The notes below the pieces were generated by a model that saw nothing but the letters and a program-made list of their open reading frames with translations, was not told the origin of the DNA and did not search any database. Below, in pieces: positions 41,790 to 51,938 of a stretch of DNA of 64,000 nt. A program made the translations under genes and the position numbers. Where the stretch lies: the IMG/VR virus record IMGVR_UViG_3300017917_001910, positions 32,001-96,000 of that record, one strand, 5' to 3'. The first letter of the stretch is position 1. Every line of letters begins with the position of its first letter. The stretch is from a virus (taxonomy: Duplodnaviria; Caudoviricetes).

Positions 41790-41796
41790 TTTCTTA

Positions 41797-42402
41797 TTAT
41801 TTAAAGTCTGTTATTATATCTGTGATAATTTTTTCTACAGAATAATATTTGTTTGTTATGTTTATTTGACCAGAACCTTCATTAATAGGTCTTAAGTAAG
41901 CTCCTTGGGTTGATGGACTAGAAACAAAGTCAAAGCATAATAAATTAAAATCATCTTGAACTTGTACATGTCCTTGCTCGTCAATTTGCTTAACTGAACC
42001 TAAACCTCTTGAACTAATACCTAATTTAATACCGGCTTGAAATAATGCTTTTAAAATATTTCCGCTAGGTGTAGGTAATACTTCAACAGTTCCTACTAAA
42101 TCATCACCGTCCCAATGCATCTCTAAAATATTATGAGAAACATTATTTAAGTTAATAACTGAAGAATCTGGATGATCTAATTCTCCCAATGCTCTTCTTT
42201 CTTTAACTTCTTGTCCAAGATATCTAGAAGCTTCACGCTCTAATATAGGTCTAGGATAAGTTCTTCCGTTATGATTAAAAGCATCTGCTCGTTGTAAAGT
42301 ACCTTTAACAATTAAACGACCGCCATTTTGTTCTAGCGATTCATTAATCATTTGAGGCGTTACTTCAAACGGAAGATAATCTATAAGTAAATTAGTATTC
42401 AT
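41797..42402 (-). CDS. Prohead protease (T4 gp21-like)
   Basis: NHNGRTYP, ALGELDHP, VSH, GISSRGLGS, FDFVSSPS. Confidence 0.93.
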   Translation of the reverse strand: MNTNLLIDYLPFEVTPQMINESLEQNGGRLIVKGTLQRADAFNHNGRTYPRPILEREASRYLGQEVKERRALGELDHPDSSVINLNNVSHNILEMHWDGDDLVGTVEVLPTPSGNILKALFQAGIKLGISSRGLGSVKQIDEQGHVQVQDDFNLLCFDFVSSPSTQGAYLRPINEGSGQINITNKYYSVEKIITDIITDFK

Positions 42403-42411
42403 TTTATATAA

Positions 42412-43698
42412 TTATCTTAAGATGTTCTTTTTAAATGCATCCCAAAGATTAAAACTTTCTTTTAAGTTAGTTTTCTTTTCTTTACCAGGGACTGACATAG
42501 ATTTCATTCCTTTAGAAGCTTTAGGTTTCATTGTCATTTCTTTAACGCCTTTAGGTTTTCCAGAAGCTTTTTCTTTTTTATTTAAAGAATCATTAGCATT
42601 TTTCTTAGCAGCATCTTTTTTAGATACTGACATTTCATTTGCTTTATCTTTTAACTTATCAGATACTTTATTAAGCTTCTTATCTTTTACTTCGGTAGGT
42701 ACATCTGATCTTTTGCCTTTTGTTTCTTTAACATTAGCAATTAGATTACTGTAAAACATTGGATCTTTCTTTAATTTCTTAACTGCTTTATCCATTGCTT
42801 TTTCGTAATCGTCAGTATCTACCATTTCTATTCTAATTCCTTTTCTTAATTCGTAAGGATTAACCATATCTACATCAGCAATATCTTTATTGCCGTAGTT
42901 AGTTTTATCAGCTTTCTTTTTATCTTTAGGATCGGTTTTAGCTTTTTTAGCTTCGTTAATAGATTTAACCATTTCAATAGTACTATCATCCCATTCATCT
43001 ACATCTCCATGTGTTGTACTTCCTTCGCATGTATACTCATTACCATCTTCGTCTGACCCCATTAATATTATAGCATCAGTATAACCACCGCCATCAACAT
43101 TTTTCTCTACAACTTCATAATCATCCCAAGTAATAGTTTTTCCATTATACTTTGATGTTACTGGCTTATTATTGTATGTGCTAAGCTCATTAACAGCATT
43201 ACTTTCCATAGTTACTGTAACTGGTTCTTTTGTAGTAGGATAAGCTTCATTTAAATTAGTTTTAAGGTAATCTAAATTAATATCAATAGGTAAACTAATA
43301 TTTCTATCTTTAGCTAATTGATTATGGGGTGCGATAGTAATTTCATCAGGTTTAACTCTGCTATCAGAAGCTCTCATACCTGCTTTAACTACTTTCCATT
43401 CTTCACCGTCTTTAAATTTAAGAATGTCGCCTACTTTATAATTTTCGATTGACATATTAGCTTCATTCATTTCTAAATCTGCAAGATTATTTATCATTAC
43501 AGCTACTTCATTTCGCTCTTCATCATCCATAATGCCCATTCCTTTCATCATTTCATCTCTTTCATTAGCATCTGAATTGCCAGAGTTATTATAAATCTCT
43601 TTAGCTATTTGTTCTAACTCTCTTCTTCTTTCTGGAGTTACTGCTTCGAAGATTTGTAATGTATCACCTTTGATACGAATTTTATTTTTAAGTCTCAT
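42412..43698 (-). CDS. Hypothetical head-cluster protein (modular, Lys-rich C-terminus)
   Basis: Several (L/I/M)NE and LKE sites; GIRIEM...DPMFYSNL. Confidence 0.6.
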   Translation of the reverse strand: MRLKNKIRIKGDTLQIFEAVTPERRRELEQIAKEIYNNSGNSDANERDEMMKGMGIMDDEERNEVAVMINNLADLEMNEANMSIENYKVGDILKFKDGEEWKVVKAGMRASDSRVKPDEITIAPHNQLAKDRNISLPIDINLDYLKTNLNEAYPTTKEPVTVTMESNAVNELSTYNNKPVTSKYNGKTITWDDYEVVEKNVDGGGYTDAIILMGSDEDGNEYTCEGSTTHGDVDEWDDSTIEMVKSINEAKKAKTDPKDKKKADKTNYGNKDIADVDMVNPYELRKGIRIEMVDTDDYEKAMDKAVKKLKKDPMFYSNLIANVKETKGKRSDVPTEVKDKKLNKVSDKLKDKANEMSVSKKDAAKKNANDSLNKKEKASGKPKGVKEMTMKPKASKGMKSMSVPGKEKKTNLKESFNLWDAFKKNILR

Positions 43699-43716
43699 GT
43701 TATTTTTATTTTATTA

Positions 43717-44448
43717 TTATGCGCTTAGGTTTTTTAAGTAACTCGAAACTCTATTTAATCTTTCAGAAAGCTTAGATAATTTTTCTTTTGTTGATTTCCA
43801 ATACATTCTATTATCAATATTCATTTCATTTTTAAGTTTCATGTTTCTTGAAATAATCTTTTCAATTTCATATAACTTAGTATATACTTCAGCAATTGCG
43901 TAGTTTACTTTTTTTTTAGGAGAAACGGCAGGATCATTTTTAATATCATTATACTTACCTTCTTCTATTATACTATACATTTCAGACATCATTGTCTTGT
44001 AGTTTGATTCTTTTAATGATTTAGTATTTTTATTGGGCGCGCCTACTTTTTTCATTCCATATGCCGTGATAGCACTTTCCGGGGCTTCATGACCAAAAGC
44101 ATTAGGTGTTAAATATCCAGGAACTCCGGCTGATGTAGAAGCTTCTGCTAATTCTCCAACATTAGAATCGATAATCTCAATTCCATATTCGTTAAAGATA
44201 TTAATTAATTCTTCAATAATATTTTCGTCTTTAGATTTATATACATTAGAACCATCCATATTTAAAAATGAATCTCTTAAAGCTCTTCTAATGAAAATAT
44301 TATCATGAGCAACATCCATTGCTTTTTTAGCATCTCTAATAGATATTTCTAGATAATATGGTTCTTTAACAATAAAATCATCTTCGACGATATTGTTTAT
44401 TTCATTAAATTTATCTTCGATTTCTTGTAAAAGTCTTTTGAATGCCAT
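43717..44448 (-). CDS. Hypothetical head-cluster protein
   Basis: STSAGVPGYLTPNAF motif. Confidence 0.6.
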   Translation of the reverse strand: MAFKRLLQEIEDKFNEINNIVEDDFIVKEPYYLEISIRDAKKAMDVAHDNIFIRRALRDSFLNMDGSNVYKSKDENIIEELINIFNEYGIEIIDSNVGELAEASTSAGVPGYLTPNAFGHEAPESAITAYGMKKVGAPNKNTKSLKESNYKTMMSEMYSIIEEGKYNDIKNDPAVSPKKKVNYAIAEVYTKLYEIEKIISRNMKLKNEMNIDNRMYWKSTKEKLSKLSERLNRVSSYLKNLSA

Positions 44449-44449
44449 A

Positions 44450-45304
44450 TTAATTAATTTTTTTAAGTTCTTTTACTAATTCAAAGTATCTTAATAAAGA
44501 CAATACATGATTATCTTTAATTACTCTAGACTCAGTAATAGTAGTTAATAAATTATTTACTTCTGATAGTTTAATTTGAACTACTTGATTATCACATTTT
44601 TTAATGTTTTTATCTAAGTCCGTTTTAATTGTTTTAACAGAGCTAATTACAAATTCAAATAATTCATTTTGGTTATTTGGAGAATTCGTGATATAGAGCT
44701 TTAATAATTGTTTTTGATTAGGATTTAGCTTCTTATACTTATCATTAAATTTCTCTAATAAAATTTTATATGATAATAATCTAATATCTTTATCTTCTTT
44801 GCCAAACTGCGTTTCAATTAAACTTTCTACACTAGGAGTATCTTCTGGTTTTCTGATTAAGTGTTCAAAAATACAAGATTTAGAATCTACAACATCAACA
44901 GGATTATCTGCTTCAGCATATTCAAATAATTTATATACGCTAGCTAATACTTTGTAATTATTTACTTTATGTTGAAAGAAATCTTCTAATTTATAGCTTT
45001 CACGAATTCTTTTAATTAAACGATATTTTAGTTTTTCTAAAGACTGTTCGTCTAATTTTTTCCTTGATTTAACTACGGCTTCTAATAATTGCTCAGCTTT
45101 CCATTCGCTAGAAAGTTTTTCATTAGTTAAAGTTTGATATAGTTTTAGTTCATGAGCTAAGCCATTTTTCTTAGAGAAGAATTCCTTTACAATTTGAATT
45201 GCTTGTGAGTCTTTATTATTTAAAATATCAGAAGTTATTTGTCTTACTAATAATTCAAATATTATACCTGTGTTGCGAAGCTTATTATGCTTAATTTTTT
45301 TCAT
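44450..45304 (-). CDS. Hypothetical protein downstream of the portal
   Basis: MKKIKHNKLRNTGIIFELLVRQ. Confidence 0.65.
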   Translation of the reverse strand: MKKIKHNKLRNTGIIFELLVRQITSDILNNKDSQAIQIVKEFFSKKNGLAHELKLYQTLTNEKLSSEWKAEQLLEAVVKSRKKLDEQSLEKLKYRLIKRIRESYKLEDFFQHKVNNYKVLASVYKLFEYAEADNPVDVVDSKSCIFEHLIRKPEDTPSVESLIETQFGKEDKDIRLLSYKILLEKFNDKYKKLNPNQKQLLKLYITNSPNNQNELFEFVISSVKTIKTDLDKNIKKCDNQVVQIKLSEVNNLLTTITESRVIKDNHVLSLLRYFELVKELKKIN

Positions 45305-45359
45305 ACAGTATTGATACTATGTATATATTACATTAATAATTATTTACGATGTTAATAAA

Positions 45360-47183
45360 TCATTCCGAAATGTTAGATTCATCTAGATAAGTCCCTGCAT
45401 CAGCGTCTTGTTTTTTACTTGGCTGAATACTTTCCAAAATTAATTTTTTAGATGTATTTTTCTTTACATGAACTAATCCTAATCTTTTTGCAGCATCTTT
45501 ACTTGATGACGTATTTACACCTTCTTTAACAGATAAGTCTATACCTGGTTTAAATCCTTTAGAACCAATCGGATCTCTTCCTAATGAATGAGCATCAGTT
45601 CCATATATAGAACCACCTTTTTTAGGTCTTCCGTTATTTTCTATTTCTGTATCACCTCCAGCATTTCTTTTACTTACATGTAAACTAGCAATATCATGAG
45701 GCGTACCAAAAGATTCTCCAGTTAATAATGGATCATTCCCTTCTTCCTCGATTTGAGTTTGACGGAAATTATTTTTCATGTCATCTAATACTTTATCTCT
45801 TTCATTTTGCCATTCATTATCAGATAGTTTAAATATATTTTTATAAATCCATTCTTCTGATAATAATTTTGCTTCTTTAATTTCTTTTGCTAATTCAATC
45901 TTCTCTTTCCAAAGCGCAATTAATTCTTGCTCGTAAACAATTGATGGAGTAGTTAATCCAATTTCAAAATTTACTAAATCTTCGTCTTTATATCCTTGAG
46001 CGAATAAATGAATAACAGCAATTTTAGTAAGCTCTGAAACTATAATACGTTGTACACGTTCTATTGTTCTAGCAAAACGAACATCCTCAGCAGCTAATAA
46101 TGCTTTACCAGCAATACCTTCATCAAATGTTAAAAATGCTTTAGGTATTTTAAGACCCGCTAACATTCTATTTTTTAAGTATTCGATATCTTCAATGCCT
46201 GTAAATTCCATTCCAGATAAAGTATCAATTTCAGTACCAGAAGCACCTCCACGAACTGGAAGATAAAAGTCTTCAAGCATATTCATTAAATTGAACTTTA
46301 AATCATAGTCTCCCGTTTGTTGGTCAATATATGGCTGCTTTTTCATTTTATTCATGATTTGCTGCATATAGTTATCGACTTCGTTTGGCGGTATATTACC
46401 TACGTCTATTTTAAAAATACGACGCTCCGGGGCTCTCATTACACGATGAATTAACATCGCATCTTCCATCATTGTTAATTGTTTCCAAACTTTACGAGCT
46501 GGTTCTAATATTGATTTACCGTAAGGTAAGAAGTTTGAATCTGTTAATAAACGGAAATGAGCAACTTCGTAATTTTTATATTTAATCTTATTATTGCCCA
46601 TAATAGAAAATTGTACATGATAAGGATTGTTTGGATCTGTTCCTTCTTCTCTAATTACTTCATAAGCAGAAAGTGGAGTAACATTAACAATACCAATATC
46701 TTCTCTAATATCTAAGTATAAATAAAAATCTCCATATTTATTCATACTTCTAATCCAAGGCCATAAGTTAAATTCTACATTTAAAATATCGTAAAATAAA
46801 TTCTCTAATACTTTTTTAATTGTTTCGTCTGAACTTTTAATGGTTAAGATTTCATCATATTCATTTTTACGGGTTGATTCGTCAGAGTAAATATCTAATG
46901 CTGCTGCGATAATAGAATCCATATCCATGATTTCATAATCAGTGTATAGTTCTGTTCTTGAGCTTTGATAATTGTAGTTATTATTATAAGTAGATATACT
47001 CGGCTTAATACCATGTAATCTAGTAAATCTATCTACATATTTTGATTGTTCAAGATTACCTGCTGATTGTAATCTATCAGTATCAATTACTCTTAATTTT
47101 TTACCGCCGACTCTACGTACGATAACGTTATTAGAAAATAATCGACCTAATCTTGCTCCTAATGATTTATCTATTAATGACAT
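45360..47183 (-). CDS. Portal protein (T4 gp20-like)
   Basis: MEDAMLIHRVMRAPERRIFKIDVGN, MLEDFYLPVRGG, TEIDTLSG. Confidence 0.95.
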   Translation of the reverse strand: MSLIDKSLGARLGRLFSNNVIVRRVGGKKLRVIDTDRLQSAGNLEQSKYVDRFTRLHGIKPSISTYNNNYNYQSSRTELYTDYEIMDMDSIIAAALDIYSDESTRKNEYDEILTIKSSDETIKKVLENLFYDILNVEFNLWPWIRSMNKYGDFYLYLDIREDIGIVNVTPLSAYEVIREEGTDPNNPYHVQFSIMGNNKIKYKNYEVAHFRLLTDSNFLPYGKSILEPARKVWKQLTMMEDAMLIHRVMRAPERRIFKIDVGNIPPNEVDNYMQQIMNKMKKQPYIDQQTGDYDLKFNLMNMLEDFYLPVRGGASGTEIDTLSGMEFTGIEDIEYLKNRMLAGLKIPKAFLTFDEGIAGKALLAAEDVRFARTIERVQRIIVSELTKIAVIHLFAQGYKDEDLVNFEIGLTTPSIVYEQELIALWKEKIELAKEIKEAKLLSEEWIYKNIFKLSDNEWQNERDKVLDDMKNNFRQTQIEEEGNDPLLTGESFGTPHDIASLHVSKRNAGGDTEIENNGRPKKGGSIYGTDAHSLGRDPIGSKGFKPGIDLSVKEGVNTSSSKDAAKRLGLVHVKKNTSKKLILESIQPSKKQDADAGTYLDESNISE

Positions 47184-47228
47184 TTATATCTTTATTATAA
47201 TTATATGTTTTATGGAATAATGATGATT

Positions 47229-48863
47229 TTATAACAACCATGAAATATTTTCATCTTGCTTTCCAACTTTCATTGTCCATGGATTTTGTTGTGGTGAATG
47301 TGATGATCTAGAATATACAGGTGCAGATTTTCCTATTAAGCCTACTGTCTTTCTGTGAAGATCTAATCCTTGTTGACGTAATCTTAAAGCAGTATCTCTA
47401 ACCCAAAGTGCAATAGATAATGACATTACTAAGTCATCATTATATCCATATTGAGCTTCTGGTCTAGACCCATTCCAAATAAAGTTTTGAAGTTCGTTAA
47501 TTGTTCGTTTACAATGAATAATAGGAGCTTTATCTCTCATATACTCTACTAGTTTAGATATGATTAATGGTCTATTTTTTACTGTTTGAGAAAATCCTGG
47601 AGTCATTTTAGATTTAGTTGCTAAATCATACCCAGATGCCATTTGTTGTTGAATATCTACTACTGTTAAATCTGCACTGCTATAAAATAAATTTCCATAT
47701 CCTCTATCAATAGCCGGTTGTATTGCGGCCCATCCAATATTCGAATTTTCTATTACTAATAAAGCATCGTTATATTCAGTTGCAACTGCTACTAATAAAT
47801 TTCCATAATCTCTAGGATCTAATTTTCCTTTATATGTAGCGCATTGCTCAACGGTTTCAATATCAATAATATGAAATGAAGAATAGTCAGATGCATCACC
47901 ACGAGAAACGTCAGCTACAACCATATATGATTTAGTTACGTCAGGATATTTCCATACCCACATATTTCCGTCAAATCCGCGTCTTTCTATAGGATCATAT
48001 AATAATCCAGATTCTTCCCAATACCATTTTAAAATTGTAGGCTCGATAACTGTATTACCAGATGTCGTAAAGTCGCAATCACACTCCTGAGCTGCTAATT
48101 TTTCTCCTAATTCTGCTGATTGAGCATCTCTCCAGGTTTGATCTCTGTCTGGGTGTACTGTCCAATGTAATTTAATAGTATGAAAGTTATTATCTCCTTC
48201 TTCTGCTCTTTGCCACATTCTGTGGAAAAAGTTACCCATACCATTAGGAGTAGATAACATAATACATTTACCACCCGTCGCCATCGTTTGTTGCAAACCA
48301 CCCCAAAGTTCTTCAATTGTATTAGAATCAATAAACGCAGCCTCATCTATAATAAGTAATGATACTGCTTCAGAACGACCTGCAGATACTGATGTAGAAG
48401 ACGCTTTTACTTGAGACCCGTTAGATAATCGTAATGATAATTTATTATCTTCTGTTGATTGAGCATTTTGCTTTAACCAACTAGGTAAATTATCATACAT
48501 AACTCTTACCTTAGTTACTAAGTTTCTAGCTACTTCTTGACGCGTTGCAATAGTTAAGCAGTTTTTATCTTCATGAAAGACCATTAACCATAATGTATAT
48601 CCTGCAGATAAAGTAGAAATACCTAACTGACGAGACTTTAAAATAATATTTCTATCATTATCTCTAAAATCATATAAGCACTGCTCTTGAAAAGGATAAA
48701 GATCAAAAAGCATTTTGCCTTTCATTGGATGTTGAATATAACAATACTTACGCATAAAGTATACGGGGTCTTTTGCGCATTTTTTATATTCCTCCCTTAT
48801 AATATCCTTTACATTTTGTGGAGTTTGAACAACTTTATTTTGATAATCGCTTACATCAACCAT
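47229..48863 (-). CDS. Terminase large subunit (T4 gp17-like)
   Basis: KCAKDPVYF, LYPFQ, KSRQLGIST, LIIDEAAFI, STPNG, ADVSRG..DYS, NDDLVMS; no intein visible. Confidence 0.95.
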   Translation of the reverse strand: MVDVSDYQNKVVQTPQNVKDIIREEYKKCAKDPVYFMRKYCYIQHPMKGKMLFDLYPFQEQCLYDFRDNDRNIILKSRQLGISTLSAGYTLWLMVFHEDKNCLTIATRQEVARNLVTKVRVMYDNLPSWLKQNAQSTEDNKLSLRLSNGSQVKASSTSVSAGRSEAVSLLIIDEAAFIDSNTIEELWGGLQQTMATGGKCIMLSTPNGMGNFFHRMWQRAEEGDNNFHTIKLHWTVHPDRDQTWRDAQSAELGEKLAAQECDCDFTTSGNTVIEPTILKWYWEESGLLYDPIERRGFDGNMWVWKYPDVTKSYMVVADVSRGDASDYSSFHIIDIETVEQCATYKGKLDPRDYGNLLVAVATEYNDALLVIENSNIGWAAIQPAIDRGYGNLFYSSADLTVVDIQQQMASGYDLATKSKMTPGFSQTVKNRPLIISKLVEYMRDKAPIIHCKRTINELQNFIWNGSRPEAQYGYNDDLVMSLSIALWVRDTALRLRQQGLDLHRKTVGLIGKSAPVYSRSSHSPQQNPWTMKVGKQDENISWLL

Positions 48864-48864
48864 A

Positions 48865-49239
48865 TTAGAATAATTTAAATAATAACATTGTTAATATTGC
48901 GCCAGAAGAAAACATTATCGGTGGCTTTTCATACCACTTTGGTTTTACTGATTCGTAAATCTTTTTCCAATCTTTTACATTTTCTTCTAAGTTGGTAATT
49001 TGAGCCTTTTGGCTAATAATAGTAATACTATCTAACTCTAATGCTGTTTTAAAATCTATACATTGAGCTTTGTATTCTTCCATTAATTGGGTATGAATAG
49101 AGTCTTTATGTTCTAATACTCTAATATTATTGTAAATATTTATAATCTTTCTTTTAGAAAAGCATGTATCTGGTACTTGCGCGTTTGCATTTATAGCTAA
49201 ACCCATACATAAGATTATAAAAAATATTAATTTTTTCAT
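48865..49239 (-). CDS. Protein with signal peptide, coiled coil and C-terminal transmembrane segment (spanin-like candidate)
   Basis: MKKLIFFIILCMGLAINANA|Q and C-terminal PPIMFSSGAILTMLLFKLF. Confidence 0.5.
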   Translation of the reverse strand: MKKLIFFIILCMGLAINANAQVPDTCFSKRKIINIYNNIRVLEHKDSIHTQLMEEYKAQCIDFKTALELDSITIISQKAQITNLEENVKDWKKIYESVKPKWYEKPPIMFSSGAILTMLLFKLF

Positions 49240-49241
49240 TG

Positions 49242-49565
49242 TTAATTTAATTGTTTATTTCCAAATGCTCGTAAAAATATTACTGCATTTGCTAAACTTG
49301 TATCGTATGTCGGTACTGAGTTTAATGATTCTTGTAAATTATTAATAGTTGTAGTTCTATTGTCAATTCTATTTGTTACTTCTACTTTCTTAACTGCAAT
49401 ACTATCTAATTTTTTTGAGATGCTATCGTTTTGAGCTTCTCTCAATTCAATATTATGCTGTAATTGAATTACATTTGTATTTAAGTTTGTTATGTAATAC
49501 TTAATATAAAAGAAAATTACAATAAAAACAAGTATATAAATAATATTAAGTATTGATGATTTCAT
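49242..49565 (-). CDS. N-terminal transmembrane plus coiled-coil protein (i-spanin-like candidate)
   Basis: ILNIIYILVFIVIFFYI followed by a coiled coil. Confidence 0.5.
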   Translation of the reverse strand: MKSSILNIIYILVFIVIFFYIKYYITNLNTNVIQLQHNIELREAQNDSISKKLDSIAVKKVEVTNRIDNRTTTINNLQESLNSVPTYDTSLANAVIFLRAFGNKQLN

Positions 49566-50154
49566 TTATTGGTTCTCCTAATAATTGAGACTTTACTTTT
49601 TGAAAATCTTTTTCTAATAATTCTTCTAATTCTTGTTCCTTACCTTTCCAAGGCGAGTCCCATTTTTCAACAGTGCCATCGGAATTAACAAATTCTGCTT
49701 TAGTTAAAAGCTCTTTAATAGCACCCATTTCTGCTCTTGCATCTATTAACCAAGCTTCGATGTTTTTTCTCATTAAATCCTTTTCATATTGTTCATATGT
49801 ACCATTAAGTCTATGATCATGTTCCATATCAATAACACAATCAAAGCACATTTTATGAACTTTCCACATTTTCTTGTTATATTGATTATCTTTCATTTCA
49901 TTATTACATTTAGGGCATGTATTAGGCATCTTTAATGCTTTAATTGCTGCCATAACTGCTTCTAATGCCTTTGCTGAACTAACCTTATAACCGTCCTTTT
50001 GTTCCCATTGAACTCCGTTATTATCAATCCACTTATCTCCAACATTTCTATCTTCTTCTTTAGATTGATATCCAACTGTTGTTTTGTTTTGAGACTTATG
50101 CGTTCCCGAGAGCATTTGATTTATCGCTCTAATGTTTTGTAATTTTTTTGCCAT
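49546..50154 (-). CDS. Hypothetical Zn-finger protein
   Basis: CPKC...CFDC. Confidence 0.6.
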   Translation of the reverse strand: MAKKLQNIRAINQMLSGTHKSQNKTTVGYQSKEEDRNVGDKWIDNNGVQWEQKDGYKVSSAKALEAVMAAIKALKMPNTCPKCNNEMKDNQYNKKMWKVHKMCFDCVIDMEHDHRLNGTYEQYEKDLMRKNIEAWLIDARAEMGAIKELLTKAEFVNSDGTVEKWDSPWKGKEQELEELLEKDFQKVKSQLLGEPINEIINT

Positions 50155-50168
50155 AACCTTTTATATAA

Positions 50169-51926
50169 TTATTTTCTAAATTGACTTTCCATGCCTTTTA
50201 TAATAAATGAGCCAGTTATCTTAAATACATCTGGATATAATCCTCTTACTACAATACCCTCTTGATCTTTACTATCTCCCAGATCTGAAGTAATTGATTC
50301 TAATACCTCATCACCTAAAAGCATTGTAGATAAGTAAATAAAATATCCATCAATTGCTGCTTTATAATCTGCAGGATCTTTTACTATTTCATTAATATTA
50401 TTATTTCCTGATAACCTCATTAATATTTCTTTAGATACTGCACCAACTGTTTTATCATCTATTAAAGTTACTTTTTGACCACTAGGTATTGTTTGAATTT
50501 CATCTAACCATTGTTTTAATGATTTAGATTCTTTTTTACCATTAATGATAATAGTATGTTTTTGATTTAATACTGAACTTAAATTTGCTGGTTTAGATGG
50601 TCTAGTAGTAAATTCATGTACCACTTCAAATCCAGATTTTTCTGCAATTGGATTCATTTTTGCTACTAAAGATTCTAAAGCTTTTTTATTATATGAAATT
50701 TCTTTTGATTCTCTTCTTTTTGGTGTAGCTTGAAATAATTCTAATAATCCATGAATAGCTAAAAAGTTTTTAGCATATGATAATACGTTAGTACTTCCAG
50801 CAACATATTCGACATTAAACATTATATTTGGATTATCCCACATACCTAATGCTTTTAATTCTTGTTGAATGCTAGGTAATGAATCATTAAAAATATCTAA
50901 TACTTTACCACCTGTTTGAATAAACCCATGTCCTTCTCCGAATCTATCTAATAAATCTGCTTTAGTAATTCCTTTAACATCTAAAGGTTTCATTGAGCCT
51001 CTATCTAAAACAAATTGTCTTTGACCATCTAAAGTAACTAATCTAACAGATGCATTTACTCCGTCAATTTTTATTGCTGCTGGGTTTGTAGTTAGGTATG
51101 TAGCAGAGTCTTCAAAAACATTAATTAAATCTTTACCAGAATTTACTTGAGGTAAATCAAAAGGGTGTTTCATATGACCGGCTGCACCTCCTTCATTAAT
51201 AGGTACGCAATTAGGAACTTGCTTCTTTCCCTTTTTCTTCATACCTATCTGCTTATATCCATCCCAACAATCTTCTTGAAGTAGTTTATTTAACCACCAA
51301 TCTTTACTAAATTTTTCGGTCATTTTATTTTCTAATTTATCAAATATATAGTTAGCCATTTTTTCTGAATACCAACCAAATATTGCTTGAAATAATTCTT
51401 TTTTCTCTTCTCTTGTTTTTGTAGTATCTCCTAATACCTTTCTTATTTCTGTCCCAGACATTTCTCCATATCCAGGAACCTTTAAAGAAATATGCGGAGC
51501 AGTAATTAAATATCCATGTTTAGATAATGGCTCTAAGTTATTTTCATTTCCTTTATAGTTTTGAAAAAAGCTAGGACTTCCGTCTTTTTTAGGACCTATT
51601 TTAAATCTAGGGTCTTCTCCCATATCTTTTTCTCCAACCATAAATACTACCGAGGTAGTTTCCGGGTCAAATTGGCTATATAGTTCTGCGGGACTGTACG
51701 GATTCTTTACTTCAATAATATGTGATGGGTCAATACCATATAGTTCAATAATGGCTTTCTTTTCGTTAAAATTAAAAGGAGATTTTTCTGGGTCTACTTT
51801 ATTTGATGTTACGATATAAGAGTTATCTTTCCCGAATTTATTTTGAAGCCACATAAATGCAGCTGCATGATGTTTTCCGAAAGGCTGAAATCTCCCGGGG
51901 TATATTGCTATTACTTTATTTTTCAT
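50169..51926 (-). CDS. HIGH-family (cytidyltransferase-like) nucleotidyltransferase fused to a ligase-fold-like domain
   Basis: N-terminal IYPGRFQPFGKHH...MSGTEIR; C-terminal IKIDG...EGIVVR...FKITG. Confidence 0.7.
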   Translation of the reverse strand: MKNKVIAIYPGRFQPFGKHHAAAFMWLQNKFGKDNSYIVTSNKVDPEKSPFNFNEKKAIIELYGIDPSHIIEVKNPYSPAELYSQFDPETTSVVFMVGEKDMGEDPRFKIGPKKDGSPSFFQNYKGNENNLEPLSKHGYLITAPHISLKVPGYGEMSGTEIRKVLGDTTKTREEKKELFQAIFGWYSEKMANYIFDKLENKMTEKFSKDWWLNKLLQEDCWDGYKQIGMKKKGKKQVPNCVPINEGGAAGHMKHPFDLPQVNSGKDLINVFEDSATYLTTNPAAIKIDGVNASVRLVTLDGQRQFVLDRGSMKPLDVKGITKADLLDRFGEGHGFIQTGGKVLDIFNDSLPSIQQELKALGMWDNPNIMFNVEYVAGSTNVLSYAKNFLAIHGLLELFQATPKRRESKEISYNKKALESLVAKMNPIAEKSGFEVVHEFTTRPSKPANLSSVLNQKHTIIINGKKESKSLKQWLDEIQTIPSGQKVTLIDDKTVGAVSKEILMRLSGNNNINEIVKDPADYKAAIDGYFIYLSTMLLGDEVLESITSDLGDSKDQEGIVVRGLYPDVFKITGSFIIKGMESQFRK

Positions 51927-51938
51927 ATATTATAAATA

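Noticed and set aside
47229-48863. Intein in the terminase (also considered for RecA and primase)
   Set aside because: Motifs are contiguous with no C...HN-(S/C/T) insertion
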